From: Wallemia ichthyophaga EXF-994
Taxonomy: Eukaryota; Fungi; Basidiomycota
NCBI RefSeq assembly: GCF_000400465.1
Contig: NW_008806283.1
Location: 144,001 to 268,000 of the forward strand
DNA: 124,000 nucleotides
Direction of reading: 5' to 3'
The notes under the pieces are model-generated. The model saw nothing but the letters and a program-made list of their open reading frames with translations. It did no database searches and was not told the origin of the DNA. The position numbers and the translations under genes were made by a program. This document shows positions 26,151 to 38,451 of the stretch, piece by piece; position 1 is the stretch's first letter; each line of letters opens with the position of its first letter.

Positions 26151-28419
26151 TTACGTATTCATGCCATCTAAGGCTAATCTTGCTGGTTCACTAACGGAGA
26201 ATTTATCCTGAGACAAAGTCAAGAGCGATTTATCGAATTCCAATAAACGCATACGTGTACGTATCTCACTACGAGCTTGGTAGGGCTGACCTTCAATTGA
26301 ATTCGAAAGGTTACGAAGTGTCCATACAGCAGCAGCTCTAACTCTCTCATCCCAGTGCGTAAGTAATCGCTTCAAGTTGCTGCATATAAGCGGTCGCCAT
26401 AGCAACGTTTTCTTCTGTTCATATGAGCCAGTTGCGACATTATTTACAACATACGCAGCTTGCAATAAAATCTCTACTTGATTTGTTTGAAACTTATGTT
26501 CAATAATCTCCAGAAACTTATCCTCTCCACCAAATCCACTACAAACCAGATTGATATCTACTTCTCTTGTAACTAAATTTCTCAAAACAAATAAAACTTG
26601 CTCAACAACTTCGCTATTGCTGTCATTCAACAGCTTCTTGAAGTGATTATATCCAATTTGATCACAAATAAACCTCTTCAACTCTGTCGATGCAGCAAAA
26701 ACCATATTCTTAATAGCCCAAAGAGTATTCAATCTAACCTTGTGCGATTTCGAGTACGTAAGTTTCACTAGAATCTTTACTCCACCATTTTGTATTAACT
26801 TTTGCTTTAATGGTGAGAATCCGCACACTAAGTTAGCTAAAGCCATCAAGGCTATCACTTTATTACGTTCATTTTCCTCATCATTAGAGATTATGCTCAA
26901 TAATGTCAATTCAACACCTGAATCAACCAATGATGTACGCAACACTCCTACACTTCTACTCAGTGCTCTGATGCACTGTGCAGCTGAGCCTCGAATACCT
27001 TTGGCTTTATGTTGTAAAGATACCGCGATTGCTTTTAATAAATGTGCATCAACGATCAATGTTCTCAATTCATCTAAATGAAGTGCAAGCGCTGCAACTA
27101 TCATCAGAATCCCTTCTTGTAATTTCAGGTTGTCTTCTGATAGCTTACTACCTTCCACGTTGTACTCGTCTTTTTCATACAGCAGACAAGTCTGAAATAT
27201 ATCATTCAGCTTGTTGAGTATACCTGATTTGCACGCATGGTCTTCTAAGTCCGTCGCATCTGACAATATAGTCGCTAAGATGGATGATGCCGGTATCTGT
27301 ATCTCAATGTTTTCATCAAGTAGTCGAATCAGCTGCTCGATTAACTCCAATGCTTTCGGCCTATCAATGGTTGATATAAGTTGGATCGTCGGGGGTCCAT
27401 CGGGTCTAAGAAGGTCTGATTGCTGACTTTTGATAATGTGTACTAGTCTGTTGTTATAATATAAGTCGAATTCAAGATCATTTCAAAACAACTCACGTTT
27501 TACATGCTTCAAGTCTTAATTGGGGACTCTTGCATTCAAAAAATATTGTCAGTGATGGTATTGCTCTCACTATGGCATATAAATGTTAGAATCATCTAAT
27601 AGCATGAATCGGCACGGACTTTGTACCTGTCTAAATGCTAAAACCGCAGGTGAATAGTCTTTGCACAAGGAACCAAGCAGTTTGAGCGCTGCAATTTGAA
27701 GCTATGAAATGGTTAGTTGAATATAATTAAATAAAGGGATCTCACTTTTTGTACATCGCAATAGATGTATTTAGCCAAATGGTCAAGCAGACCCTCTACG
27801 GAAAGAAGCGATGCTTTGTGTCGAGTATCATTCACTGTGGTCAACAAAGTGATCAAGTTGATGACGAGTTTTCTATTAGACGATGTGAGATGTTTGAGGA
27901 GATTAGGTAGGTGCGGAGACTGAATGAATTTGTAAGTCTTTGGCAGGATAGAGCTACATTACCTACAAAAAAAATGTTATTGAGTTGCGCTGCAGCCCTA
28001 GAGCATATATCGTCATCGATTTGCATACTATCTTTGTCGATACCGGCTCTATTGTTATTCGAAAAGGTGGTGATTGTTTTGTAGAAGATAGATGCATTCC
28101 GTAGACATCTGAACAAGTACTCAAGGACGCGTTGACAGTTACAGACGGTTGCAGTCTCAACTAAGCGTTTAACGACGCCATCAAGTACATTGATTAATAG
28201 GTATTGATGATTTGGTTCCATGTTTATATTGGTGTACAAACTGCCAATAATTAACGAAGATTGTATCAGCCTGTCAGTATCAACTTGATTATGTAAATTC
28301 GACGGCGAAATCTGATCAATCAATGATTCCACTTGGCCTTTACTCTCAGAAAGCTGCTTCTTTTGTACTACATCTCCTATAACACTATTCTTAAGCAACT
28401 TCAACTGATGTGTATCCAT
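26151..28419 (-). CDS. Armadillo-repeat protein ARMC8/Vid28 (GID/CTLH complex)
   Basis: ARM repeats with QCIRALSRSVGVLRTSLVDSG and VRLNTLWAIKNMVF; several introns. Confidence 0.8.
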
Positions 28420-28785
28420 GACTGATGATGGTGCTGATGATGGTCAAGGTCGAGAAGGCAAAGTGATTAAAGCATTCATATATCTCAGCACATCAATAGC
28501 AACTTACAACTTAGCTGGCAAGATTTATAGGCACCACCGACAAACACCATCTTCCAGCTCCGTACATGAGATAAGACACAAATCAAGAGAGCGAGACATC
28601 AAAACCTTTCATTCGATCTATTATATTATTTGATAGCACGAAGCTTTTGTTGATACATACTGGTCTGCGACTCACACCATATATGAGCTACATCAGCCAT
28701 GTACAACAAACTCTAGGATGCGGTTGTCCGAACGGAATATATATTATCAACTTAAAGCATTCATCAGTAAGTCATAAACGCTTTT

Positions 28786-29223
28786 ATCACCTCGTTAAAC
28801 TTCGTTAATCTACGTTAACGGGATTGGTATAAAGAGGCAATTCTTCTCTTCCTAAAACTTTAAGACGGTTAGTGAACAACTAAAGTGGATTAGAAGCAAT
28901 GCTCACACAGCACGTCAGGTACTCCAAAGGATCATATTCTATAGGTCGTATCCAGTCTATCGCAGATTTAATTCTGCCACTTTATCATTGGCTCGACGAT
29001 GACTAGTGACCTCCTTCCCTTATTCACCGAGAACTCTGAGGTGGTAGCACGCTGCTAGCCTCTCGATGACGTGCACGCGAACTAATTGTCGACGTTGATT
29101 TCAATGTCTTGACGTGGTTTGTCGTGAGGGACTTGGAGTGTTTTCTGAGGCCATTATGATTGTATTTTTAATGATTTATTTGATTAATCTTTTATGTTCT
29201 AAACAAGCCTGATAAGTCTGTTT
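28786..29223 (-). repeat. ~434 bp non-coding dispersed repeat, copy 2
   Basis: Near-identical reverse complement of 15160-15593. Confidence 0.95.
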
Positions 29224-29572
29224 TAGGACGTTGCTTTCATGAATAGTGAACTTGGCAAATGTATATAATTCCAGCTCTGCACTTAACCATGGTGTGATGC
29301 CAATCAACACATCGACGTTATAATCCATGTGGCCAAGAAACGAACGTACTCTAAATATTTTATTTATTTAGTTCTGTCTGACGTAGGCATTCCTCGATCG
29401 ATTAAAAGTCAATCATTGCAACAGACTCCGAAACACCGCAGCCCCGAAACTGAACAAGTGATGCGTCACCTGCAATCTAACAAACTAGCACATATGCCTA
29501 TAAAATTGTATTTGACTATTCATACGCCGCTGCACCTAACGCACGCTTCTTATAAGATCACTCTCATCGTCG

Positions 29573-29899
29573 ATGACAACGCTTTTATACAGAAATCTGC
29601 TGAGAGAATTCAGCAGAAGTGTAAGATGGACCTTCGTTTAGATATTGTGCTAAGAGGAGCTACAGACACCGCCCGGTGAGCGTAATGGTCAGATATTCGC
29701 CCATCTGCGTACACTCTTCGCATCAGCGAGCCACTCAAAGGAAGATATGGAAAGCATGGTGGATTTCCTGAGGGCATCTAGACAACACAAAGAGTTATTG
29801 AAGCGCTACAATCCACTTTCAGACCAGACGCCACAAGAGAGGGTCGAAGCAACTGCCAGAAGGGTTGGTTTGGCAGTTCCACAGACACCCGATTTTTAA
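29573..29899 (+). CDS. FMC1: Mitochondrial F1-ATPase assembly factor Fmc1 (LYR family), spliced, absent from ORF track
   Basis: Exon 1 MTTLLYRNLLREFSR; last exon MVDFLRASRQHKELLKRYNPLSDQTPQERVEATARRVGLAVP. Confidence 0.85.
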
Positions 29900-30105
29900 C
29901 TTTAATTACGATTGCATTTATCAATACAAATACAAGTTAATTATTAAATTTGGCTTGTGTGTTTGAAGTGAGAAGTAGCAGAAATTTATTCGGAGTTCCA
30001 TAGACATGTCAATGCTCATCCCAAAGCATCCTTGATATCTTGCTCCTTGTTAATACAGTTGAAAAAGAAAATCCCAAATATAAGTAGACAAAAAATACCA
30101 TCATT

Positions 30106-31691
30106 TCACTTGGTCATACCATTGATATCAATCGCAAGAGCTGACGGGTAAGACACCCTCTCGATTTGTTGGTCAATTTGATCACCAAAATCTGATTCCA
30201 CGTCTATATTCATTGCTTGTTGTTCTGGCGTACCTGTATGGAATCTAGATGGTTTGAAAATTTGTGTCAGTTTAGAGAACGCAGACGATTTAGTTGTTGA
30301 GTTGAATTTTGGGCTGGCATCGTTTGGTGACGCAGGTGGTGTCGATAAGGGTGTTAATAGACTTTCAGGTTGCTTAGATGTAAATGAGCCATCGGTTTCG
30401 TTAGAGTTGCAAGACGAGTCTGATGATTCAACGGGCACAGCCACTTTCTTAAGGTTTGGCTTCCTCTCCACCCGTCTGAGGTGTTGAAAATTGACTTCCT
30501 TTGGTGGTGTTGTTGGCGGCGTCAGTGGCAGCTTGTCGTTCTTGTTTGCCCTCTGCCTTACTCTTGGCCTCTTTGGCGAACCTAATTCTTTAGCGTTTGG
30601 TGGAGGTGGGGGTGGTACCACCATTTGTTGTTGTTGAAGATCAACTTGCTGTTGTTGGATTCTATTAGCAACAGCAGATGCAGCGGCAGATGATGTAGCA
30701 GCGGCAGCTTGTCTTGCGGCTTTGTGTGCATGCTTCAATTGAGAAGGTGTCAAGGTAAACTTTTCAACTTGCATTACCCTTTGTTTCAACTCATCAAGAC
30801 TGCATCTTTGAATTGGATCAATAGTGAATATCCTTTTCAAGATGTAATTTGTGAGATCTGATATTGGTAGGATCGTTTTTAGAAAGTCTGGTTCTCGAAG
30901 GTACGCAGAGAATGTCTCATCTGTCAGACTTGCTTCTTTCCAGGGGTTTCTACCGCAGGTTAAATTGACCAAAATAACACCAAGAGACCATATATCGTTG
31001 CGCTTTGTGCAGTAAGGAACTTTTCTGTGAGTCAGAGCCCCATGACAATCTGTACGGAGTTAGTAATTAAATTCCGGAAAAAGTCAATGAACTGACCTGG
31101 ACTCATATAGAAGCTGGAACCGCAGCCAAAATCACCTGAACGTCTCTCTGAAGTAGCCAAACCAAAGTCAGCTAGCAAAATGTTGTTGCCACCCGCAGTA
31201 CACAGAATGTTTTCGGGTTTGAGGTCACGATGGTAAATGCCGAGGCGATGGCAATGTTGAACGGCGTCAACTATTTGTAGAAATACCGACTTGATTAGCT
31301 CGTCGTTGTCGATATATTTGAATTGTTCTGTTATCATTGAAAAAAGGTCGCCTGCTTGAGCATATTCCAAAACAACGAAGATTGTGGCTGGACTATCAAT
31401 AATCGCATGAACGGTTGCGATATTTTGATGTGATGAAGCTAAACCATGCAAAGCAATTTCCCTTCTTTGAAAAGCTTTCTGACGATCATCCAAGCCATAC
31501 TTAGGCAAACACTTAACGGCGTACAGTTCACCGAGCGGTCTATAGTAGTCGTCTAGTCTTTCAGCTAATAGTACTGTACCGTATGCGCCAGTACCAATAG
31601 TGCTAATGAATTTGAGCTTAATACGTCCATCGTCCAGGGTTGACTGTAACAGCGATTGTGCCTGCTGGACGTGCTGTGGGAAGTTGGACAT
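30106..31691 (-). CDS. Ran1/Pat1/Sks1-like Ser/Thr protein kinase
   Basis: IGTGAYGTV, YAVKCL, HRDLKPENIL, ADFGLAT, CGSSFYMSP, NLTCGRNPW; one intron. Confidence 0.9.
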
Positions 31692-32163
31692 GATTTGTAT
31701 GTAAAAGCTTCTTTCTTGAACGTTGCAGTCGAGAAGTTAAATTCAATTTTAGTTTAAGATCGAGGTGTGTGAACGAGTACAGAGACGGCGTGTCTAGTCC
31801 TTGTGATGATATCATACGCAGAATTCATAAATTTATTTACCGTTTAAGGAAAGGAAGCAATTATGTTGTAAATTTCGGCGAATTGATCAATATGCGCTTG
31901 TTAATCGCTAGTTTGAGTGTATTACCAAAGCGTAGGAAAATCTTCAATCATGGATTCAACTCAGACATTAATTTAGTAACTAAAACATCAATTTGGAAAA
32001 CTCGGGTGTATTTCTCGTGAATAAACTTTATGCTATTATTAAAATTACAAATTCGTGAAGCTGTGGTATATGATACTGAGTGGTAGTTGAAGAATTGTAC
32101 ATCTGGAAGTTTAATGAAGGATAACGCGGCATGATGGCAACATGTTAAACATTAACTATGATG

Positions 32164-32928
32164 TCATCTTAAGCTTTTGCACCTCTCATGATAAACGTTG
32201 AATACACTATCTTCATCTTTATAATAGCTTGGTAGAACATCTTTGACCATGTCTTTGTCAACCATTAAAGTTAAGTGACTGGATTTGTTCGCAGTATTCG
32301 CTGCTGGTTTGGGTTTTATTGGTAGCTCATTCAAATAAGCCAAGGAGCTGCGTGAGTTTTTAGACTCTGGGTCAAGTGACCAGGTGGAAGATAATGGCGA
32401 TTGCGGGTGGTCATCGACACTGTATGAGTTAACTTGATGTGAGCGGAAGGGATGAGAACTTACAATTCTAATTTATTGCTAAACTTAACACCTTTTATGC
32501 TCTCCTTGTTAATCAATTGGTTAAAGTCTTTATCTATCCAGGAACTGGGCTGATTAAAGAAGGAGCTAGCACTGGACCTAGTTGAGGGAGTCGTTGTAGG
32601 CGATTTACTTAATTTTATCGAGTCAATCGATTGTAACAAAGCGTATAATCAAGACTCACAGGTTTATATGACTCGTGTTGTGATTCGACTGAAAGAGCTT
32701 GTCTTGAGGGGAATTCTTGTATTGAATATTACTCTCATCGTTCTTGTAATCCGCAGCTTTCCTTCTAATCTGCCAGCAAAGAACGATGACGAATACAACG
32801 ACAGCGAGTACACCCGTGGCGATTACCGAGCCAAAGACGATAGTTTTCGTATTTTCAGATTTATAAGTCATATTAGAGACAGAGAAGGGGATGAGGATGT
32901 AGAAAATCCCAGTGACATAGCATTCCAA
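32164..32928 (-). CDS. Hypothetical single-pass membrane protein, spliced
   Basis: TM helix IVFGSVIATGVLAVVVFVIVLCW followed by QIRRK; a clean downstream exon (SVDDHPQSPLSS...ERCKSLR*) ends at 32164; start uncertain. Confidence 0.5.
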
Positions 32929-33247
32929 TTCCCGTGTTTGTGTGGCTGCGTATCAAACAAGGCATGGTATTAAGGCATTCAATTGGAGTGAAATGAGAAA
33001 TATTCTTAAGTTATCAGGCTACAAGGGGAAAAAGCATTTTGAAGAAGCATGTTGGTCGATTGAGTGACTCGAAGAACGTCAGATACATTCAACTAGCCAA
33101 ATTAAATCGATCATTTATCTCAGTTGAGTGGTATTCATTTGAGTAGTCTTTAACTTCAAATATTCTGGGCCACTTCAACTTGATTGAGAAATTGAAAGAA
33201 GAAGTTTTGTCGAAGAGGCCCATATAAAAGAAAGTTAAAATATTACA

Positions 33248-34972
33248 ATGATGATTTCAAGAAACTTACATAAATTTAATAGGCTAGGCATTAGGAATTA
33301 TACTCATTTTGTTACTACCCCGATTTTCTACGTCAACGCTGATCCCCATATTGGTCACTTATATTCAATTGTTGTCGCGGATACTATCGCGCGTTACTTG
33401 AAATTGAAACACCCCTCCGATAATGTCGCTTATTCTACTGGCACAGACGAGCACGGTTTGAAAGTTCAACAAGCTGCTACCGCCCATTCAACTACACCTC
33501 TTAAATTATGTGACAACATCTCCCCCAAATTTAAAAGTCTAGCAGATTTAGCTCTGTCTTCTCATACAGATTTCATAAGAACCACCAGTCATCATCATAT
33601 CAACACTGTCCATTCCCTATGGTTGGACTTATTCAACAAAGGCTACATCTACAAAGGTAGCCATCAAGGCTGGTATGCTGTATCCGATGAAGCTTTTTAC
33701 TCTGATTCATCTGTCACCGATCACTTTGATCACTCTACCGGTGAATCGTATAAAATTTCCACTGAAACTGGAAAAAGGGTCGAATGGATGTCTGAAACTA
33801 ATTACAAGTTTAAACTTAAACATTTCAGACAAAAGTTGATTGACTGGTTGTTATCAAATCCTAAAGCTATACACCCACCCCAGCAATACAACGCTATCCT
33901 TTCTTCCCTTCAGTCAAATCAGAGCGCCAACTCAGATTTGTCCATATCCCGTCCTTCCAATCGCTTAAACTGGGGTATTCCCGTCCCTAACGATCCTTCA
34001 CATACCATTTACGTTTGGATTGATGCTTTGACTAATTATTATTCTGTTGCTCAACTTCATGGTCTAAGCACTTGGCCTGCTGATATACACGTAGTTGGCA
34101 AAGACATTATTAGGTATATATAAAATCTTCTCATTTGCCTTTAATGCTCATAAGCATTACAGGTTTCACGCTATATACTGGCCTGCTCTACTTTTGGCTT
34201 CAAATAAGCCATTGCCAAAAATTATTCTTAGTCACGCACATTGGACCATGAACGGTTCCAAAATGTCTAAATCCACTGGTAATGTCGTCGATCCTTTCGT
34301 CGCAATTCACAAGTATTCTGCAGACGTACTGAGGTTTTACTTACTTAGAGTTGGTGGTAACTTCGCAAATGACGCTGATTTTAAGCAACACGAATTAGAT
34401 CTGAAATACAGCTCTACTTTAAAGGGCCTACTTGGTAATTTGTTGTCAAGAATTAGTGGAAAAAAAATTATGGATAAACTTTCAAATGCTAATCCCATCG
34501 ATATTCATCCTAATGATAATGAAGAGATCTTACATAACAAGTTGGTTTCTTTGCATACTCGGTTCATAACTTCTATGGATACCTTTGAGATGGGAAAAGC
34601 TTTGGAAACCATCGAAGATACCCTTCACGAGGTTTGTCTGTTCATCTTCTTTTCTTTTATATTTACTCGACCGATCAGGTTAACAGATATTTCACAAAAG
34701 TTGAGCCGTGGTCTGATCATACCTCAATTGAGGAGTGCGCGCGATGTGTCATGTACGCTCGGGAAACACTGCGTATTATTGGTATTCTCCTTCAACCAAT
34801 CATGCCAAATAAAAGCAAAGAATTGCTTGACAAACTAGGTGTCGATTTATATGCAAGAAATTTGCAAGACGCTGCACTGAATATTTCACTCACTCAGACC
34901 TTAACACTCAATACCCAAACAGCTGTACTTTTTCCACCTCTTATTGAAAAGACTACAAGTAATTTAAATTAA
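33248..34972 (+). CDS. MSM1: Mitochondrial methionyl-tRNA synthetase
   Basis: TPIFYVNADPHIGH (HIGH), KMSKS, YVWIDALTNY; presequence; two introns. Confidence 0.93.
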
Positions 34973-37900
34973 TCATTTATGATCTTTTTCGCGACAAGCA
35001 AGCTTCAATTAACGTCACTTAGACGACATTAGCAAAGAAACTTACATGAATGTTTCTTCCAATTCTTAAAGGTTATTAATACTACTCAATCACTCTTTCT
35101 ACACAAGGCTCAACTGCAAAATTTCCTTGGATGCCACCGATAATTCAATGCATCGCTATTTCTTTTTGCTGTCTGATATGACTGCGGGTAGAATGCTTTG
35201 GACGTTGTACCTTTCACAAATTTTGGTATGAAAGGAAATATAAAAGAGCATTGATCAGGTATTTCAAGTATGCTCTATCGTCAAGAACGGTCTCAGTCAC
35301 GTGCACAAATCGCCAGTATGCTGAGATGGTTTTGGTTGTGATTAGAGCGAGTAAGCTAAGAAGTAAAGGAAATTGACTCAAAATAGCGCGCATAAGTTGC
35401 AAGGTAAAGTAGGACGGTCATGTGGTAATCAATACCCAATGAAGTAGGGTCTTCCCAAGAAAGTCCAGTGCTAGTATTAAGGACATTTTTCAAACTCTAC
35501 AGAATTTGACATTTCGCACGAATTTGAGAATATTGAGATTTAATTTCTCAGATGATCTCTAAAACTCCTTAATTACCGAATGTGCTCAGAAATTGTAGTT
35601 TTTCGCAGTTCACAGTCAGAAAATTTAAATTCACCCATATATCAAAAAGACTTCGAACTGCTAGGTTGTGGGGTACTTCAAGTAATGGCTCACGGACAAA
35701 GGTGATTAAATCGAATCCACAGAAATGCTATGTTAATTTACTGGAAAAGACATAAGAGCAGATGCTCCAGTAAAGGAGGCTACTATGTACTATGTGGTTA
35801 TATGATGATAATACGTCTTGAAAATCCTCACACACGTTTGGGATAGGGCGTCAACGAGAATGGCAGAGACGATCCGATGGAGGGCACTTGTTTACTATGC
35901 AGCTAAGGATCAATACAGCTGCACAAATAATTTCCTGTAAGTCTTCTTGGTTCAAATACCTTGGCGTCGAGGGGCAGAGATACTAAAGAGTTGTTAGTGA
36001 TAGAGCACCGTACGTTGAGAATAGTTGCCAGCAGCGCGAACGAGTCCGACTGGAATCCCGTATTACTAACTTTAAATTAAAAGCAGCATTCTTCCAGTAA
36101 CGGCAATAGAGTTCCGCATCTTAAACCAATCCTCCACTGGAATTTATAGAAACCGGTTTAAGGAGAAGTCCACAAATGTTTCTTTTTGTAAATAATCTCC
36201 CTTTTGGTAGCGGAAGAATATTTCATCACATCTATTGTGAGATCAACATTTGCCTTTTATTAAGTTTATGTGCATTGAGATAGGCTTGAAACGAAAATTG
36301 GCCTTTAGAGCAGGAAGACTAAGTTATCAATATTCTGTATAATCTTTATAAATTGCGACCAAACCTGGATTATATTGTACCCACTTTTCAATAGTGCTGT
36401 CCCTTTAGCTACGCTAAAAGCTTGAAACCACAATTCCTTGGGTGTGTCTTCTCCTTATATTTTGTCATGTAGATGACAAAGTTCGGAAAAGTAAGTATCA
36501 GCAACGATATTTCGGTGCAAAACCAAAATGTTATGCAAAATGCCAAAATTTCCGTTTTCTCGACTAGAGATCCTTTGTGGCTAGAACAAAAAATCAGAAC
36601 AGCTGCCCATTAATACAATCTAGGATCGTAAATCCTTCTGTAGCATTTGAAGAAAAAATATCGTATGATAATTGAGTTATGATTTATTTTTTTCGTACGG
36701 AGACAACGTTAAACCGTGTACCATATTACACGACATTATTAGAACTCAATTTAAAAATGCAATAGACTCGATACGGGTTTCATGCTCACGTAAGGAATGA
36801 AAAGAAAAGCTTGACGACTATCTATTGATGTACTTATAAGGCGTACAAATCAGAAAAGAAATCATAATGATAAGCGAAAAGGCTTAAAATAACAAATTTG
36901 GCGCATGAGCTTCTGCCCACTCTTGCAGCCAAAGACGAGCACGAAAACTGCCTTTTTCAATAAAGTTCGTTATTGGATATCCTCAGCTTTTAAAAAACAT
37001 TCGTTTTCCACTTGGTGAAGAAAATTGTTTCAGTGAGGCGGTGCTTCCTTTTCAAGTTTTGAGTTAACCTTAACTGTCATTAAATGTAATTCAAATTCCT
37101 GTCACTACGTTCCGAACTTTTTTGAGACGAGTTATTTCAGTTTACTTTTACTGTTTTTATTAGTGCGTCATGTCTTGTTATAAAGCGGTTTTCTCTATTT
37201 CATCAGTTTGCTTTCTTTGAACTCTAGTCGCGCTTCAAGCTTTAATTACATGTCTCGATAGAATTTTGTCCGCTTTCTGCATCTTTCACTGATGTATGAC
37301 TTGAGGACAAATATCTTAAATTGAGATATAATTCTCACTTTCTAAATTTCGTGACTAAAGAACGTCTTCAATTTCGATAGGCTTATTTTACAACTGTTAG
37401 CTCGGAACGTTTTAGTAGAACGCATTTGTCTTTCGGCAAGAAACGGATCTCAAGAGTAAATTCGGGGCGTCGCTCGTTGACTTAAGGTGACTTGTAGCAG
37501 TTTAGAAATGAAATTTACTTGAAAATTCCGTCTCATTTAATGATTTTCTAAGAAGCTTTTAATTATCATCATGTTTTCGACATCTTGTTTTTTTATATAG
37601 GATTGATTACGTCAATGTAAATTTAGTATGATTGAACTTTTTTAATTATGCGATTTCCATTAATTCATATTTTCACGTTAACGGTAACTCTAATAAACAT
37701 TCAGATAGGAATAAGTTTTGTTTTAAACATTTTAACCGTTTTAAAACCTACATTGAATTCCTCGACAGTCTCTTATTGTAAATATAATGTAACGTTAAGT
37801 TCTAACCTGAAGTTAAGTGACTAAAGAATATAGGTCACTTTTACATGATCATACTGCGATTTCATACTTCAATAATATTTTGCCTGAAACATATGCTTTG

Positions 37901-38451
37901 ATGTATTACAATCAAGTTGAGAATATTAACGTTAAACCATGCGGAGTATAGGGAGGAATGAAAGACCGTTAATAGTATTATTAGGGAACGCGAAAGTCGA
38001 CGATAAATACAGAATTAGGATACGATCGTCTCCCAATGGTACTACCTTGTTATTAAATTGTTTCAGTTAACTTCTCCAGAAATGAATGTCACATTTACGA
38101 CCATGGATTTATAGTACTTATTTAAAAAGGAGCTTTTTTTTTTTTTCGGGCTCATGGGAAATATCTGACCTCACTTTTGTACCATCTGTCACACATTAAC
38201 CAAATACAGATTCGATTTTTTGAATAATTCTACTAACTTGGTCGTGTATTTCGTTACATTCAAATTTAAAAACATACACATCTTCTCTGCGCCCTAGACC
38301 TTCATCAATCATTCCAACGCTCTTTAAATCACTTTTTTTAAGGTCGCCAACTTGAAATAAATTAAAGGTATCTTTGTTTGTACAATCAATCTCTATTTCA
38401 TGCACCATGCAAACATTAAACATAAATTAGCTCGATGCGCTGCAAACTATA

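Noticed and set aside
29329-29679. 116 aa plus-strand ORF
   Set aside because: Out-of-frame overlap with the spliced FMC1 gene; no recognisable protein
38196-38423. 75 aa minus-strand ORF downstream of the exportin-like gene
   Set aside because: Short and AT-rich with no motif; could be an alternative last exon or noise, and cannot be supported
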